Counted from the first letter of the stretch, positions 29,418 through 42,672 are shown. The stretch: 64,000 nucleotides of DNA from Cyanobacteriota bacterium (GCA_046052125.1 JBJOMY010000006.1:32001-96000); one strand, 5' to 3'. Program-made: numbers and translations. Notes: generated from the letters alone by a model not told the origin.

Positions 29418-29819
29418 TCAGTAGACGTAAGCGAGCACTTCGCCGCCGACGCCCTGCTTGCGGGCATCGCGGTCGCTCATCACACCTTTGGAGGTGGAGA
29501 TGATGGCCACGCCGAGACCGCCCAGCACCTTGGGCAGCTGGCGGGTGTTCTTGTAAATGCGCAGACCGGGCTTGCTCACGCGCTGCACGGTGCGAATCAG
29601 CGGCTGACGGTGCTTACCGCTGTACTTGAGTTCGAGCACAAGGTGCTTCTCAACGCCTTCACCGGCTTCGGTGATTTCGGAGATGAAGCCCTCCTGCTGC
29701 AGCACCCTGGCGATGCTGCGTGCCATGCGGGATGCAGGCACCTTGGTGGATTGGTGACGCTTCTCACTCGCATTGCGAATGCGGGTGAGCATGTCGGAAA
29801 TTGGGTCGTGATTGGCCAT
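29418..29819 (-). CDS. rpsH: 30S ribosomal protein S8
   Basis: [13 protein letters not shown]...SKPGLRIY...STSKGVM. Confidence 0.98.
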   Translation of the reverse strand: MANHDPISDMLTRIRNASEKRHQSTKVPASRMARSIARVLQQEGFISEITEAGEGVEKHLVLELKYSGKHRQPLIRTVQRVSKPGLRIYKNTRQLPKVLGGLGVAIISTSKGVMSDRDARKQGVGGEVLAYVY

Positions 29820-29838
29820 GGTCGGGTCCGAAGAGGGC

Positions 29839-30378
29839 TCAGTTACTGCGGAACGGCATTCCCATCTCGCGGAGGAGGGCCCGGCCCTCTTCGTCGTTAC
29901 GGGCAGTGGTCACGATGGTGATGTCCATGCCCCGGATGGCATCGATCTTGTCGAAGGAGATTTCAGGGAAAATGATCTGCTCCTTCACCCCAAGGGTGTA
30001 GTTGCCACGACCGTCAAAGCTCTTGTCGCTCACGCCGCGGAAGTCGCGGATGCGAGGCAGAGCCAGGTGGATCAGACGCTCGAGGAACGCATACATGCGG
30101 TCGCCACGCAGGGTGACGGCCACACCGATCGGCATGCCCTGACGGATCTTGAAGCCGGCGATGGCTTTCTTGGCGCGGGTCACCATCACTTTTTGACCAG
30201 TGATCGTGGCCAGCTCCTCGATGGAGGCCTCGAGGGCCTTGGCATTTTGGGCGGCTTCACCGAGGCCCCGGTTGACGGTCACTTTGACCAGCTTGGGGAC
30301 TTCGTGGATGTTCGAGAGATTGAGATCCTTCAGCAGCTTGGGCTGGATCTTCTCCCGATAGTTCTGTTTAAGGGACAT
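29839..30378 (-). CDS. rplE: 50S ribosomal protein L5
   Basis: ITGQK...LPRIRDFRG...FDGRGNY...IFPEI. Confidence 0.98.
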   Translation of the reverse strand: MSLKQNYREKIQPKLLKDLNLSNIHEVPKLVKVTVNRGLGEAAQNAKALEASIEELATITGQKVMVTRAKKAIAGFKIRQGMPIGVAVTLRGDRMYAFLERLIHLALPRIRDFRGVSDKSFDGRGNYTLGVKEQIIFPEISFDKIDAIRGMDITIVTTARNDEEGRALLREMGMPFRSN

Positions 30379-30444
30379 GACGGGGGACAGGGGTTGCGCT
30401 TCTGGACGTGGTCAGAAGGCGGACAAGGTTGATAGAGATGGAGA

Positions 30445-30801
30445 TCAGTCGAGGATCTCGCCGGTTTTCTTGAGGCGGCGCTTCTTGGTGCCGTCTTTTT
30501 CCACCACGATCTCGACGCGGCTAGCCACGTTCTTGGAGGTGGAGTACAGCATCACGTTGGAGGCGTGCAGGGACGCTTCTTCAGTCACGATGCGGCCGGT
30601 CTCGCCCTCTTGGGTGGGCTTGACGTGGCGGGTGCGCAGGTTCACGCCCTGCACCACCACACGGTTTTCGTAGGGAAGGGTGCGCAGGACCTCGCCGGTC
30701 TTGCCCTTGTCCTTACCGCTGATCACCTGAACGGTGTCGCCCTTCTTGATGCGCATCTTGGTGCGCACCTGAACCTTGGCTTTAGGGGTGGCAGTCGCCA
30801 T
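30445..30801 (-). CDS. rplX: 50S ribosomal protein L24
   Basis: [20 protein letters not shown] motif, HASNV. Confidence 0.98.
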   Translation of the reverse strand: MATATPKAKVQVRTKMRIKKGDTVQVISGKDKGKTGEVLRTLPYENRVVVQGVNLRTRHVKPTQEGETGRIVTEEASLHASNVMLYSTSKNVASRVEIVVEKDGTKKRRLKKTGEILD

Positions 30802-30802
30802 C

Positions 30803-31168
30803 TCAGATCACCTCCGGAGCGAGGGACACGATCTTGGTGAAGTTGCGGTCGCGCAGTTCGCGCGCCACGGGACCGAAGACGCGGGTGCCCTTGGGGTTGT
30901 TGTCGTTGCCGAGGATCACGGCAGCGTTGTCGTCGAAACGGATCGAGTTGCCGTTCACGCGACGCAGGGTGGCTTTGGTGCGCACCACCACAGCCTTCAC
31001 CACATCGGACTTCTTCACGCCCATGTTGGGCATGGCGTCCTTCACGGCGGCCACGATCACATCGCCCACGTGGGCGTATCGACGGTTGGTGCCCAGCACG
31101 CGGATGCACTGGATGCGCTTGGCGCCGCTGTTATCAGCGACGTTGAGGAACGTTTCCTGTTGAATCAT
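30803..31168 (-). CDS. rplN: 50S ribosomal protein L14
   Basis: MIQ...VADNSGAK...FDDNAAV...[12 protein letters not shown]. Confidence 0.98.
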   Translation of the reverse strand: MIQQETFLNVADNSGAKRIQCIRVLGTNRRYAHVGDVIVAAVKDAMPNMGVKKSDVVKAVVVRTKATLRRVNGNSIRFDDNAAVILGNDNNPKGTRVFGPVARELRDRNFTKIVSLAPEVI

Positions 31169-31180
31169 CGGGAGATCTCC

Positions 31181-31432
31181 TCAGCTGGCGCTGCTGGTGT
31201 TCAGCACCTCGGCCACGGCCCAGCGCTTGGTGCGGCTGAGGGGACGAGTTTCAGTGATGCGGACGCGGTCTCCCACCTTGCAGGTGTTCTCCTCATCGTG
31301 CGCCTTGTAGCGCTTGGTGCGGCTCACCGTCTTTTGATAGATGGGGTGAGGGAAGCGGTTCTCCACCGCCACCACCACGGTTTTGTCCATCTTGTCGCTG
31401 ACGACGGTGCCGACCCTTTCCTTGGTTGCCAT
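31181..31432 (-). CDS. rpsQ: 30S ribosomal protein S17
   Basis: [14 protein letters not shown]...[11 protein letters not shown]. Confidence 0.98.
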   Translation of the reverse strand: MATKERVGTVVSDKMDKTVVVAVENRFPHPIYQKTVSRTKRYKAHDEENTCKVGDRVRITETRPLSRTKRWAVAEVLNTSSAS

Positions 31433-31449
31433 AACGGTTACTTAGGGGA

Positions 31450-31659
31450 TCAGGAAGCGGCGGAGCGCTGGCGCTCCGTTTGCACCGTCAGCAGCTGGGC
31501 CAGCTTGATGCGGGCGGCCTTGAAGCGGTGCGGTTGCTCGAGACGGCGGGTGGCCTGCTCGAAGCGAAGGGTGAACAGCTCGCGACGGGTGTCGTCGATC
31601 TGAGTGGTGATGTCGCCGTCGGACAGCTTGCGCACCTCGGCGATGTCGGGACGTGCCAT
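31450..31659 (-). CDS. rpmC: 50S ribosomal protein L29
   Basis: ELF.LRF.QAT..LEQPHRF; lies between rplP and rpsQ. Confidence 0.96.
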   Translation of the reverse strand: MARPDIAEVRKLSDGDITTQIDDTRRELFTLRFEQATRRLEQPHRFKAARIKLAQLLTVQTERQRSAAS

Positions 31660-31661
31660 GG

Positions 31662-32123
31662 TCAGGACTCCACGGTGGTGGCCGCAACGGCAGCCTGGGC
31701 AGCTTCCTGATCCGCCAGGGACAGGAACTTGGTTTTCACGGGCAGCTTGTACTGCGCCAGGCGCATGGCCTCTTTGGCGATCTCGGGGGTGATATCGGCA
31801 CCGCCCATCTCAAAAAGGATGCGGCCGGGCTTGATCACAGCTACCCAGAACTCAGGGTTGCCCTTACCGGAACCCATTCGGGTTTCGGCGGGGCGCATGG
31901 TCACCGGCTTGTCGGGGAAGATCCGGATCCAGATCTTTCCGCCCCGCTTGACGTAGCGGGTCATGGCACGACGACTGGCCTCAATCTGACGGGAGGTGAT
32001 CCACCCGCACTCTTGGGCCTGCAGAGCGAACTCACCGAAGGCGATGGTGTTGCCACGGGTGGCGACACCGCGCATGCGGCCGCGCTGCTGCTTACGGAAT
32101 TTGACGCGTCTTGGACTCAGCAT
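31662..32123 (-). CDS. rplP: 50S ribosomal protein L16
   Basis: [14 protein letters not shown]...RMGSGKG. Confidence 0.98.
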   Translation of the reverse strand: MLSPRRVKFRKQQRGRMRGVATRGNTIAFGEFALQAQECGWITSRQIEASRRAMTRYVKRGGKIWIRIFPDKPVTMRPAETRMGSGKGNPEFWVAVIKPGRILFEMGGADITPEIAKEAMRLAQYKLPVKTKFLSLADQEAAQAAVAATTVES

Positions 32124-32139
32124 GGTTCAGGCCTCCTGA

Positions 32140-32868
32140 TCACTCTTCGTTCGAACGGTCTTCGAACTGTTGGGGCCGGCGGCTGGCACGGCGCTTCGGC
32201 GCAGCACCCACGGGCACCTTGTCCTGGCTACCGGGCAGCACTTCACCCTTGAACACCCACACCTTGATTCCCAGCACCCCGTAGGTGGTGGTGGCCACCT
32301 TGGTGGCGTAATCGATGTCGGCGCGGAGGGTGTGCAGAGGCACGCGGCCTTCGCGGGTCCACTCGGTGCGGGCGATCTCGGCGCCGTTGAGGCGGCCGCT
32401 CACCTGGAGCTTCATGCCAAGCACTCCGGCGCGCTGGGCACGCTGGATGGCCATGCGCATCACGCGGCGGAAGGCCACGCGCTTCTCGAGCTGTTGGGCG
32501 ATGTACTCAGCCAGCAGGTAGGCATCGGCGTCGACGCGCTCCACTTCCACCACGTTGATCCGCACCTGACGGGCGGAGTCACCAATGGTTTTCTGGATAC
32601 CGGCACGGAGGTCCTCGATGCCGCTGCCCTGACGGCCAACGAGCACACCGGGGCGAGCGGTTTTGAGTTCCACCTCGAGCTGATCAGCCTTGCGGGCGAT
32701 CACCACGTCGCTGATGCCAGCGGCGCTGTACTTCTTGTGGATGAACTTGCGGATCCGATCGTCTTCTTGAAGAAGCGTCGGGTAGGTCTTGCTGGGGGCG
32801 TACCAGCGGGACCGGTGCTCCTGGGTGATCCCCAGGCGCAGGCCGGTTGGATGGATCTTGTGTCCCAT
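32140..32868 (-). CDS. rpsC: 30S ribosomal protein S3
   Basis: [13 protein letters not shown]...[12 protein letters not shown]...[14 protein letters not shown]. Confidence 0.98.
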   Translation of the reverse strand: MGHKIHPTGLRLGITQEHRSRWYAPSKTYPTLLQEDDRIRKFIHKKYSAAGISDVVIARKADQLEVELKTARPGVLVGRQGSGIEDLRAGIQKTIGDSARQVRINVVEVERVDADAYLLAEYIAQQLEKRVAFRRVMRMAIQRAQRAGVLGMKLQVSGRLNGAEIARTEWTREGRVPLHTLRADIDYATKVATTTYGVLGIKVWVFKGEVLPGSQDKVPVGAAPKRRASRRPQQFEDRSNEE

Positions 32869-32887
32869 CGGTCGGTGTCCTCGGGGG

Positions 32888-33241
32888 TCAGGCGGCAGGA
32901 GCCACAGCAATGCTGATGTGGCAGGTCTTTTTCTGGATCGCGTAGGCGCGACCCTGGGCGCGGGGACGAAAACGCTTCATCACCGGACCCATGTCCGCCG
33001 TAGCGGAGGAGATCACGAGAGAAGCGGGGTCGAGCCCCAGGTTGTGCTCGGCGTTGGCCACCGCACTGCGCAGCACCTTGGTGATCGGGCCGGTGGAGCG
33101 GTAGGGCATGAACTCGAGCATGATCAGCGCGTCGCGATAGCTGCGACCGCGGATCTGATCGAGCACCCGGCGCACCTTGGACACGGAGCCGCGGATGTAG
33201 CGACCGTGTGCCTGGGCAGTGGTGGATGTGGTGTTAGCCAT
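32888..33241 (-). CDS. rplV: 50S ribosomal protein L22
   Basis: [11 protein letters not shown]...SAVANAEHN...RPRAQGRA. Confidence 0.98.
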   Translation of the reverse strand: MANTTSTTAQAHGRYIRGSVSKVRRVLDQIRGRSYRDALIMLEFMPYRSTGPITKVLRSAVANAEHNLGLDPASLVISSATADMGPVMKRFRPRAQGRAYAIQKKTCHISIAVAPAA

Positions 33242-33245
33242 GTCC

Positions 33246-33521
33246 TCAGCGGCCTCCTTTCTTGTCCTTGATGTGGCCGCGGAAGTTGCGCGTGGGCGCA
33301 AATTCCCCGAGCTTGTGGCCCACCATTTGCTCCGTCACGTAGACGGGCACGTGGGCCTTGCCGTTGTGCACGGCAATGGTGTGGCCGATCATCATCGGCA
33401 GGATGGTGGAAGCACGTGACCAGGTTTTGATCACGGACTTGTCATCGGCTGCGTTCTGCTTTTCAACCTTGCGCAGAAGGCTGTCGGCAATGAACGGACC
33501 TTTTTTGAGTGAGCGTCCCAT
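33246..33521 (-). CDS. rpsS: 30S ribosomal protein S19
   Basis: RSLKKGPF...TWSRASTI...[11 protein letters not shown]. Confidence 0.98.
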   Translation of the reverse strand: MGRSLKKGPFIADSLLRKVEKQNAADDKSVIKTWSRASTILPMMIGHTIAVHNGKAHVPVYVTEQMVGHKLGEFAPTRNFRGHIKDKKGGR

Positions 33522-33556
33522 AGCGGTTTAAACGAACAGCAAAGCGGTGAGTTGGA

Positions 33557-34420
33557 TCACGAATCGCGTCCGCCGCGGCTCCGCTTGGAGGTGCGACGAC
33601 GTTTCCGGAGCACAAACCGATTGCTGGGTTTGTTCCGCTTGCGGGTCTTGAGACCCAGGGCCGGTTTGCCCCAGGGGGTGACAGGGCCGGAGCGACCGAT
33701 CGGAGCGCGACCCTCGCCACCACCGTGGGGGTGATCGCAGGGGTTCATCACGCTGCCTCGGACCTGCGGGCGACGACCCAGCCAGCGGCGACGACCGGCC
33801 TTACCCAGGCTGGTGTTGCGCACTTCAGAGTTGCCCACTTCGCCGAGGGTGGCGTAGCACTCACGGCGCACCAGGCGCACCTCGGTGGAGGGCAGCTTGA
33901 GGGCGACGTAATCGCCTTCTTTCGCCATCACCTGGGCACTGGCGCCAGCGGTGCGGACCATCTGGCCGCCGCGACCGGCATACAGCTCAACGCAGTGAAC
34001 GCTGGAGCCGAGGGGGATCGCCGAGAGCGGCAGGGCGTTGCCGTCCTCGATCGGTGCATCGGGGCCCGACACCACGGTGGAGCCCACCGCCACACCAGCC
34101 GGAGCCAGGATGTAGCGCTTCTCGCCATCGGCGTAGAAGAGCAGCGCCAGACGGGCGTTGCGGTGCGGGTCGTAGTGAATGGCGGCCACCTTGGCGACCA
34201 CACCGTGCTTATCGCGGCGGAAGTCGACCAGGCGGTAGAGGCGCTTGTGGCCACCGCCGCGGTGACGGCAGGTGATCACACCGCGGTTGTTGCGGCCTTT
34301 GCGCTGGTGCTTGGCCACCACCAGGCCCCGTTCGCGACCGCGGCCGGTGACTTCTGCGAAGTCGCTGGCGACACGGGTGCGGGTGCCGGGGGTGATGGGG
34401 CGGTACTTACGGATTCCCAT
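33557..34420 (-). CDS. rplB: 50S ribosomal protein L2
   Basis: [17 protein letters not shown]...[13 protein letters not shown]. Confidence 0.98.
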   Translation of the reverse strand: MGIRKYRPITPGTRTRVASDFAEVTGRGRERGLVVAKHQRKGRNNRGVITCRHRGGGHKRLYRLVDFRRDKHGVVAKVAAIHYDPHRNARLALLFYADGEKRYILAPAGVAVGSTVVSGPDAPIEDGNALPLSAIPLGSSVHCVELYAGRGGQMVRTAGASAQVMAKEGDYVALKLPSTEVRLVRRECYATLGEVGNSEVRNTSLGKAGRRRWLGRRPQVRGSVMNPCDHPHGGGEGRAPIGRSGPVTPWGKPALGLKTRKRNKPSNRFVLRKRRRTSKRSRGGRDS

Positions 34421-34435
34421 GATTCGTTAAACCCC

Positions 34436-34738
34436 TCAGGCTTCAGGGAAGAGCTGGATGGCGTTGCCATCGGCAAGGCGCACCACGGCCTTCTTCACCT
34501 GGGCACGCTTGCCGGCGAAACGACCCACGCGACGAGTGCGACGCGGGGGATTCATGGTGCTCACACCAACGACCTTCACGTCGAACAGTTGCTCGACGGC
34601 AGCCTTGATGTCGGGCTTGGCAGCCCGGTGGTCCACCTCGAAGGTGTACTGGTTCTGTTCGATGGCCCGGGTGGCCTTCTCGGTGATCAGCGGCCGGCGG
34701 ATCACATCCGCCAGACGACCGTTAAAACGTTCAGTCAT
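34436..34738 (-). CDS. rplW: 50S ribosomal protein L23
   Basis: RPLITEKA...YTFEVD...K.AVE.LF.VKV...KKAVV.L. Confidence 0.98.
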   Translation of the reverse strand: MTERFNGRLADVIRRPLITEKATRAIEQNQYTFEVDHRAAKPDIKAAVEQLFDVKVVGVSTMNPPRRTRRVGRFAGKRAQVKKAVVRLADGNAIQLFPEA

Positions 34739-35366
34739 CGCCGTAGACCTCCTGAATCTTCGCGAGCGCTTCCTCGCTCACCACCAGGGCGTTGGCGTGG
34801 AGCAGATCGAACACGTTGAGCTGATCAGCGGCGATCAGCTTCACCTTTTCAAGGTTGCGCACCGAGCGGCGCACCACCTCGCTGGGGGTATCCAGCACCA
34901 CCAGCACCTTGGCGCCATCGGCGATGCCGAAGCGGCTCAGAGCAGCGGTGATTTCCTTGGTCTTGGGAGTATCCAGACCAGCGGCGAATCCCTTCACCAC
35001 AGTGATGTCGCCAGCGCGGCTCATCAGAGCGGTGCGCAGAGCGAGACGACGCTCCTTGCGGTTCATCGCCAGGTTGTAGGTGCGGGGCTTAGGCCCGAAC
35101 ACCACGCCACCACCGGGACGGAGGGGGGTGCGGATCGAACCCTGACGGGCGCGACCGGTGCCCTTCTGCTTGTAGGGCTTGCGGCCGCCACCGGCCACCT
35201 CAGCACGGGTGAGGGTGCTGGCGGTGCCCTGACGGGCGTGGGCCAGCTGACGCACCACGGCGCGATGCACCAGGTCGTTAGCGGTCGTTTCCTTGGCGAC
35301 CTTCAGCTCAAGGCTGGCCTTGCCGGCCTCCTTGCCCTGCCAGTCGCGAACAACACAGTTAGCCAT
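34731..35366 (-). CDS. rplD: 50S ribosomal protein L4
   Basis: RQGT...[25 protein letters not shown]. Confidence 0.98.
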   Translation of the reverse strand: MANCVVRDWQGKEAGKASLELKVAKETTANDLVHRAVVRQLAHARQGTASTLTRAEVAGGGRKPYKQKGTGRARQGSIRTPLRPGGGVVFGPKPRTYNLAMNRKERRLALRTALMSRAGDITVVKGFAAGLDTPKTKEITAALSRFGIADGAKVLVVLDTPSEVVRRSVRNLEKVKLIAADQLNVFDLLHANALVVSEEALAKIQEVYGDD

Positions 35367-35377
35367 TTCTGTCCTCC

Positions 35378-36025
35378 TCAGTTCGCGGCTTTAGCGCCCA
35401 CCCGCTTGGCGGGGAGGATGTTCAGCAGGGCACCGGGCTTACCGGGTACCGAGCCTTTCACCACGAGCAGGTTGCGCTCGTGATCCACCTTCAGGATCAC
35501 GAGGCCGCGGGTGGTGATTTGCTTGCCGCCGTAGCGACCAGCCATGCGCTTGCCGGGATAGACGCGGCCCGGGGTGGTGCCGGCGCCGGTGGAACCCGGT
35601 TCGCGGTGGTTCTTCGAACCGTGGGTCATGGGGCCGCGGCTGAAGCCGTGACGCTTCTGATAGCCAGCGAAACCACGACCAATGGTGTCGCCGCTCACAT
35701 CGACCTTCTGGCCCGCCTCAAAGGCGGCCACGGTGATTGCGCTACCGAGCTCAAGACCGTCGACGGAATCGACGCGGTACTCCTTGAGGTGGCGCAGAGG
35801 CTCGCTGCCGGACTTGGCCAGGTGACCCTTGGCCGGCTTGTTAACGAGCTTCTCGCGGATGTCACCGAAGCCCAGCTGGACGGCGGTGTAGCCGTCGGTG
35901 CTGTCGGTTTTGAGTTGGGTGATACGGCAGGGACCCGCCTCGATCACGGTGACCGGGATGGATCTGCCTTCGTCGTCGAAGAACTGGGACATGCCCAGTT
36001 TCTTCCCAAGAATGCCGATGGACAT
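35378..36025 (-). CDS. rplC: 50S ribosomal protein L3
   Basis: [11 protein letters not shown]...DGY.AVQLG...GRV.PGKRMAG. Confidence 0.98.
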   Translation of the reverse strand: MSIGILGKKLGMSQFFDDEGRSIPVTVIEAGPCRITQLKTDSTDGYTAVQLGFGDIREKLVNKPAKGHLAKSGSEPLRHLKEYRVDSVDGLELGSAITVAAFEAGQKVDVSGDTIGRGFAGYQKRHGFSRGPMTHGSKNHREPGSTGAGTTPGRVYPGKRMAGRYGGKQITTRGLVILKVDHERNLLVVKGSVPGKPGALLNILPAKRVGAKAAN

Positions 36026-36424
36026 AAGTAGGGAGAAACGCCAGCAGGACCACCACTCCTCTGGAGTGGCGTGGCTGAATCGGTTGCGCAGTTGGCCGGA
36101 TCGGCTGGGCTGCGTCCGGAGCGAACCGGGGAGCAGCGCGGAGATTCGGTTGGGCTAGCAGCGTCGAAACAGCGTGGGCTGGGACTTGCTGGGGCAGAGG
36201 GAGCAGAGCTCACTCACCAGATTCAGCAGTTTCCCGGCAGCTCGTGAGAGCCGCACAGGCCCGGGAAGGCCACCACCACTGGTGACCTTTGTGCAGTGCG
36301 CTGGAGGCCCGGCTAGCGGACGGGCACAGTTGCAATTGCACAAGCAAAAATGGTATCTCAACGCCCGACACCCCCCTGATTCGGCGCCGTCCTGCCAGAC
36401 TCGCCCTCAGCATTCAGCCCCTCC

Positions 36425-36892
36425 ATGCCCCTGCTGCTCACCGGCCGCGGTTTCCGCCAGGAGCTCGAGCGGGCTGGGGCACTCGCGCTCTACGCGCCGC
36501 TTGAGGGAGGAGCCGAAACGCGTCTGCTGCGCCGGATGCGCGCTGCAGGCTATCGGGCACAGATCACCTCAGCCCGTGGCCTCGGCGATCCAGAAGCGTT
36601 TCTGCTCCAGCAACACGGCGTGCGGCCTCCCCACCTGGGGCACCAAAGCGTGGGCCGAGGTGCCGCCGTGGGCGAGGTGCAGATGGCAGCTCCCCAACTG
36701 GGACATCTATTTGACGGCGATGCACCGGTGCTGCTCTGGCTTCTGGAAGGCCAGGTGCTCTCCAAAGCTGAGCTCAGCTCCCTGCTGGAACTCACCAAGC
36801 GCGAACCCCGCCTGAAGCTCGTGGTGGAGCTGGGCGGTTCCCGGGCCCTGCGCTGGCAGCCTCTGGCTTCGGTGCTCGCCCAGGCCGCTTGA
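36425..36892 (+). CDS. ndhN: NDH-1 subunit N
   Basis: [13 protein letters not shown]...[13 protein letters not shown]...HGVRPPHLG. Confidence 0.95.
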   Translation: MPLLLTGRGFRQELERAGALALYAPLEGGAETRLLRRMRAAGYRAQITSARGLGDPEAFLLQQHGVRPPHLGHQSVGRGAAVGEVQMAAPQLGHLFDGDAPVLLWLLEGQVLSKAELSSLLELTKREPRLKLVVELGGSRALRWQPLASVLAQAA

Positions 36893-37935
36893 GCGCCAGC
36901 GCGGCTCCTGAAGCCGCGCTGGCGGCGGGCCGCTGGGTGAAGTTGATTTGCGGCGCGGGCAACCAGGATCTGGCCGCGATCGAAGACCTCTGCGCCGTGT
37001 ACAGCCTTGCCGGCGTGCACTGCATCGATGTAGCGGCGGATGCGGCTGTGGCCTCCGCAGCCCGGCGCGGCATGGCCTGGGCCGAGGAACGGGGTGCGGA
37101 GCGGCCCTGGCTGATGCTCAGCCTCAGCGATGGAGCCGACCCCCACTTCCGCAAAGCGGCCTTTGATCCCGAGCGCTGCCCCCCCGATTGCCCGCGGCCC
37201 TGCCAGCGCGTGTGCCCGGCCCGGGCGATCGGTGCCAGCGGCGGCGTTCTGTCCGAGCGCTGCTACGGCTGCGGCCGCTGCCTACCCGCCTGCCCCCTGG
37301 GGCTGATTGAGGAGCAGCAGGTGCTCCTCAGCGCCGCTGCCGTGCCTGAGCTGCTGCAAGGGGTGCAGCCCGATGCCGTGGAGCTACACACCCAAGCCGG
37401 CCGGCAGAGCGCCTTCGCCGAACGGCTGCATCAAGTGCTGGCCAGCGGCGTGGCGCTCAAACGCCTGGCGGTGAGCTGTGGCCTGGAGCGCGGCGCCTGT
37501 GCCAAAGGCTCCCGCTCACAAGAGCTGAACAGCCCGTTGAGCACCCGTGAGCTGGCGGCTGAGCTGTGGCAGCGCTTCAGCGCCGTGCGCCAGGCCGGGC
37601 TGCGACCGCTCTGGCAGTTGGATGGCCGGCCGATGAGTGGCGATGTGGGTGCCGGCACCGCGCACTCAGCGGTGAAATTGCTGGAGGCGATCCGCCCCTG
37701 GGCCCCCCCTGGCCCCCTGCAGCTCGCGGGTGGCACCAATGCCACCACTGCAACGCTGCTGCGCCCCGACAGCGGAGCCGCCGGTGTGGCCTTTGGCGGC
37801 ATGGCGCGCAACCTGCTGCAACCGCTGCTCCAGAGCGCCGAAGCGCGCCAACGAGCGCTACGCGATTGCCCGGATCTGCTCGATCAAGCGCTGAGCAGCG
37901 TTCAAGCCTTGCTGGCTCCCTGGCAGACGCGCTGA
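36889..37935 (+). CDS. ldpA: Light-dependent period protein A (Fe-S circadian input protein)
   Basis: [29 protein letters not shown] and [27 protein letters not shown]. Confidence 0.92.
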   Translation: MSASAAPEAALAAGRWVKLICGAGNQDLAAIEDLCAVYSLAGVHCIDVAADAAVASAARRGMAWAEERGAERPWLMLSLSDGADPHFRKAAFDPERCPPDCPRPCQRVCPARAIGASGGVLSERCYGCGRCLPACPLGLIEEQQVLLSAAAVPELLQGVQPDAVELHTQAGRQSAFAERLHQVLASGVALKRLAVSCGLERGACAKGSRSQELNSPLSTRELAAELWQRFSAVRQAGLRPLWQLDGRPMSGDVGAGTAHSAVKLLEAIRPWAPPGPLQLAGGTNATTATLLRPDSGAAGVAFGGMARNLLQPLLQSAEARQRALRDCPDLLDQALSSVQALLAPWQTR

Positions 37936-37987
37936 TGGCTAGAACGCGTGTTCAGGAGTTACGGCCCGGCTGCCGGCTCCCCCCTCC

Positions 37988-39643
<1,656 letters not shown>

Positions 39644-39755
39644 GGCTGTTTCAGCGGTGAGTTTCCGCCCTGACATTGACGAAGGTCGGCCCGCTGTGGG
39701 TAACTATCTGAGTGCTCGCACAGCGGTGCTTCGGCGCCTGATCTGAGCAGCTCGT

Positions 39756-39827
39756 TGGGCCGTCGCCAAGTGGTAAGGCAGCGGGTTTTGGTCCCGCCAT
39801 TCCTAGGTTCGAATCCTAGCGGCCCAG
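39756..39827 (+). tRNA. tRNA-Gln(TTG)
   Basis: TGGGCCGTCGCCAAGTGGTAAGGCAGCGGGTT-TTG-GTCCCGCCATTCCTAGGTTCGAATCCTAGCGGCCCAG. Confidence 0.97.
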
Positions 39828-39848
39828 TTTTCATCACCCCCACCAGCC

Positions 39849-40601
39849 ATGGCTAACGCGCCACTGCTGGTGTTTGATTTCGACGGCGTGCTGGTCGACG
39901 GCATGGCCGAGTACTGGTGGAGCGCACGCCGCGCCGCCTTGAGCCTGCGCCCCGAGCGGCAGCTACCGGAGCAGGCACCAGCGGGCTTCAGCCAACTGCG
40001 GCCCCTCATCCACAAGGGCTGGGAGATGGTGCTGGCCGCCCTGGAGCTCTCCCGAGCTGACCTGGAACTCAGCGATTACATCGCCCATTACGACGACCAT
40101 CTGCACACCGCCCTGAACCGCTGGCAACTCGCGCCGGCCGCCCTGCAGACCTGCCTGGAGCAGCTCCGCAGCGATGCGATCCGGGAAGCCCCCCAGGCCT
40201 GGCTGGCGCTGCATCGGCCCTACCCGGGGGTGATCGAACGCCTGCAGGCCCTCACGGCGGAGCGCACTCCCTGGCGGGTGCTCACCACCAAAGGCGGCAG
40301 CTTTGCCCGTGAGCTGCTTCAGGCGTATGGCCTCGAGCCCGAAGCCGTGGATGGCCATGAGCAGGGCAGCAAGCCCGAGGTGCTTCTGGAACTCAGCCGC
40401 AGCCAGCCACGACCGCTCTGGTTTATCGAAGATCGCCGGCCCACCCTGGAAAGCGTGCGCGACACAGCGGGGCTGGAGAAGGTGCGCTGCTTCCTGGTGT
40501 CGTGGGGCTACCTGGCACCGGGCGACCGGGTCGATCTACCGGAGGGCATCGCCCTGCTGAAGCCGGAGCAGTTCGCCCAGCCCCTGACACGCTGGCCCTG
40601 A
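39849..40601 (+). CDS. HAD-superfamily hydrolase
   Basis: VFDFDGVLVD motif I, VLTTK, K.E, FIEDR, WGY. Confidence 0.88.
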   Translation: MANAPLLVFDFDGVLVDGMAEYWWSARRAALSLRPERQLPEQAPAGFSQLRPLIHKGWEMVLAALELSRADLELSDYIAHYDDHLHTALNRWQLAPAALQTCLEQLRSDAIREAPQAWLALHRPYPGVIERLQALTAERTPWRVLTTKGGSFARELLQAYGLEPEAVDGHEQGSKPEVLLELSRSQPRPLWFIEDRRPTLESVRDTAGLEKVRCFLVSWGYLAPGDRVDLPEGIALLKPEQFAQPLTRWP

Positions 40602-40609
40602 TCCGCTAG

Positions 40610-40623
40610 CGTACGCCTGTACT
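40610..40623. promoter_or_regulatory. Cyanobacterial-type LexA (SOS) box upstream of recA
   Basis: CGTACGCCTGTACT fits the GTAC-N4-GTAC cyanobacterial LexA consensus, about 135 nt before the recA ATG. Confidence 0.65.
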
Positions 40624-40757
40624 ACAGCCAGGTTGAGCCGGCAGCGGTGAAACATCTGGCGCCTGCGGTGGCACTTCTTTTGATGAGGTCGCCCAGGATG
40701 AGTCCGGTTCCGCCGGCTCCCTGCACCGCGGCCTGCTCCCATCGCTGATTCGCAGAC

Positions 40758-41897
40758 ATGCCTGCCGACACCAAAGCAAGCGCCGCCTCCAACGGCAGCA
40801 ACGCCCCCAGCACCACCAACCCCGAACGCGACAAGGCCCTGGGCCTGGTGCTCAATCAGATCGAGCGCAACTTCGGCAAGGGCTCGATCATGCGCCTGGG
40901 CGATGCGTCGCGAATGCGCATCGAAACCAGCCCCACGGGCGCCCTCACGCTAGATCTAGCCCTGGGCGGCGGCTACCCCAAGGGCCGCGTGGTGGAGATC
41001 TATGGCCCGGAGAGCTCGGGTAAAACCACGCTCACCCTGCATGCCATCGCCGAGGTGCAGCGCCGCGGTGGTGTGGCCGCCTTCGTGGACGCCGAGCATG
41101 CCCTCGATCCGGTGTATGCCGCGGCCCTCGGCGTGGACATTGAAAACCTGCTGGTCTCGCAGCCGGACACCGGCGAGATGGCTCTGGAGATCGTGGACCA
41201 GCTGGTGCGTTCCGCCGCGGTGGACATCGTGGTGGTCGACTCCGTGGCCGCTCTCACCCCCCGGGCGGAGATCGAAGGGGAGATGGGCGATCTGGCCGTG
41301 GGCAGTCAGGCGCGCCTGATGAGCCAGGCGATGCGCAAGATCACCGGCAATATCGGCAAATCAGGCTGCACGGTGATCTTCCTCAACCAGCTGCGCCAAA
41401 AGATCGGCGTGACCTACGGCAACCCGGAAACCACCACCGGCGGTAACGCGCTGAAGTTCTATGCCTCGGTGCGCCTCGACATCCGCCGCATCCAGACCCT
41501 CAAGCGCGGCACCGAGGAATACGGCATCCGCGCCAAGGTGAAGGTGGCCAAAAACAAAGTGGCGCCACCGTTCCGCATCGCCGAGTTCGACATCCTGTTT
41601 GGCCGTGGCATCAGCACCGTGGGCTGCCTGCTCGACCTGGCCGAAGAGAACGGCGTGGTGGTGCGTAAAGGCGCCTGGTACAGCTACGAGGGCGACAACA
41701 TCGGCCAGGGCCGCGACAACACGATCACCTGGCTGGAGCAGAACCCGGAGCCCAAAGAGCGGATCGAGCTGCAGGTGCGCGAGAAGCTGAGCGAAACCAG
41801 CGACTCACTCAAGCCTGTGGCTGCCGCTGCCGCCCGCCTCGCGGCCGCCGGCTCGGCTGCAGCCACCAGCGACGAGGCCGTGCCCGCCGCCAGCTGA
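40758..41897 (+). CDS. recA: Recombinase A
   Basis: [36 protein letters not shown]; no intein. Confidence 0.99.
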   Translation: MPADTKASAASNGSNAPSTTNPERDKALGLVLNQIERNFGKGSIMRLGDASRMRIETSPTGALTLDLALGGGYPKGRVVEIYGPESSGKTTLTLHAIAEVQRRGGVAAFVDAEHALDPVYAAALGVDIENLLVSQPDTGEMALEIVDQLVRSAAVDIVVVDSVAALTPRAEIEGEMGDLAVGSQARLMSQAMRKITGNIGKSGCTVIFLNQLRQKIGVTYGNPETTTGGNALKFYASVRLDIRRIQTLKRGTEEYGIRAKVKVAKNKVAPPFRIAEFDILFGRGISTVGCLLDLAEENGVVVRKGAWYSYEGDNIGQGRDNTITWLEQNPEPKERIELQVREKLSETSDSLKPVAAAAARLAAAGSAAATSDEAVPAAS

Positions 41898-41909
41898 TTC
41901 GTAGCCAGT

Positions 41910-41940
41910 AAAAAGCCCCCGCCTTGAGGCGGGGGCTTTT
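41910..41940. terminator. Bidirectional Rho-independent terminator after recA
   Basis: AAAAA-GCCCCCGCC-TTGA-GGCGGGGGC-TTTT. Confidence 0.85.
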
Positions 41941-41958
41941 AGGAAAGTAAAATCGCTC

Positions 41959-42297
41959 TCAGGCCTTCAGAGCTGAAGAAGGGAGCGCCTCACGCGCATG
42001 CAAGGCAGAGGCAACGCGCTCGAGCTCCTGGATGGCTTCAGCGCCTTCAAACTTCACCAGCTCGTGGCCGTTGCGCGACTCGACCCAGCTGATGCCGTAG
42101 TCGGAGACCAGGAAACGAACCATGTGGCCGTCGCCGAGATCGGCCACAAACGAAGCACCGTGGCCGTCACGATCATCGCCGCACACGTAGCAAGTAGCGG
42201 CAAATCCCTGCTGCTGCAGACCATCAGCAAGAGCCCGCAGGCTCATCACCAGGTCTTCAACAACCGACCGGTAGTGCTCAGCAAGACGCGCAAACAT
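41959..42297 (-). CDS. Conserved cyanobacterial protein, DUF1815-like
   Basis: MF.RLAEHYR.VV.DLVMSL.ALA...CYVC...RFLVSDYGISW.E. Confidence 0.75.
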   Translation of the reverse strand: MFARLAEHYRSVVEDLVMSLRALADGLQQQGFAATCYVCGDDRDGHGASFVADLGDGHMVRFLVSDYGISWVESRNGHELVKFEGAEAIQELERVASALHAREALPSSALKA

Positions 42298-42390
42298 GGG
42301 CGCAGAGCATTGGATGCGCCCACTCTAAGGTTTTCTTCAGGATTGCGTGAGTAGAAATACTCTTCCCTCCTGGCCGGTGCCGATTCGCGT

Positions 42391-42636
42391 TCAGCCGTCC
42401 GCGAGGCTCCACCAGCCTGCTGCAGGGCCGATGAAGCGCACGATCACCCAGAACAGCACCAGAGCGCCAATGCCGATCCAGGCTCCACGGGTGGTGAGCT
42501 GCACAAATTGCTCTCCCTGACGCTGGGTCAGCGGCAACCAGGGCGCCAGCCGAGGGGAGGTGTCAACGGGCTTCGCCTTGGCGGGTTTGGGGCGCGCAGG
42601 CAATCCCTGTTCAGCGCGGCGTTTGGCCTCTCCCAT
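42391..42636 (-). CDS. Small cyanobacterial membrane protein, DUF2839-like
   Basis: MGEAKRR...WLPLT...TTRGAWIGIG...RFIGP..GWW. Confidence 0.8.
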   Translation of the reverse strand: MGEAKRRAEQGLPARPKPAKAKPVDTSPRLAPWLPLTQRQGEQFVQLTTRGAWIGIGALVLFWVIVRFIGPAAGWWSLADG

Positions 42637-42672
42637 CGAGCCCGTTCACAACAGCAGCCCAGGGTAGTGGCC

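Noticed and set aside
25136..36025. Absence of rpsJ, rpsN, rpmD, infA and rpsD from the r-protein cluster
   Set aside because: Consistent with usual picocyanobacterial gene order; these genes lie elsewhere or are absent lineage-wide.
20861..36031. Many plus-strand ORFs opposite ribosomal protein genes, secY and rpoA
   Set aside because: Antisense shadow ORFs expected at high GC; the minus-strand genes are unambiguous.
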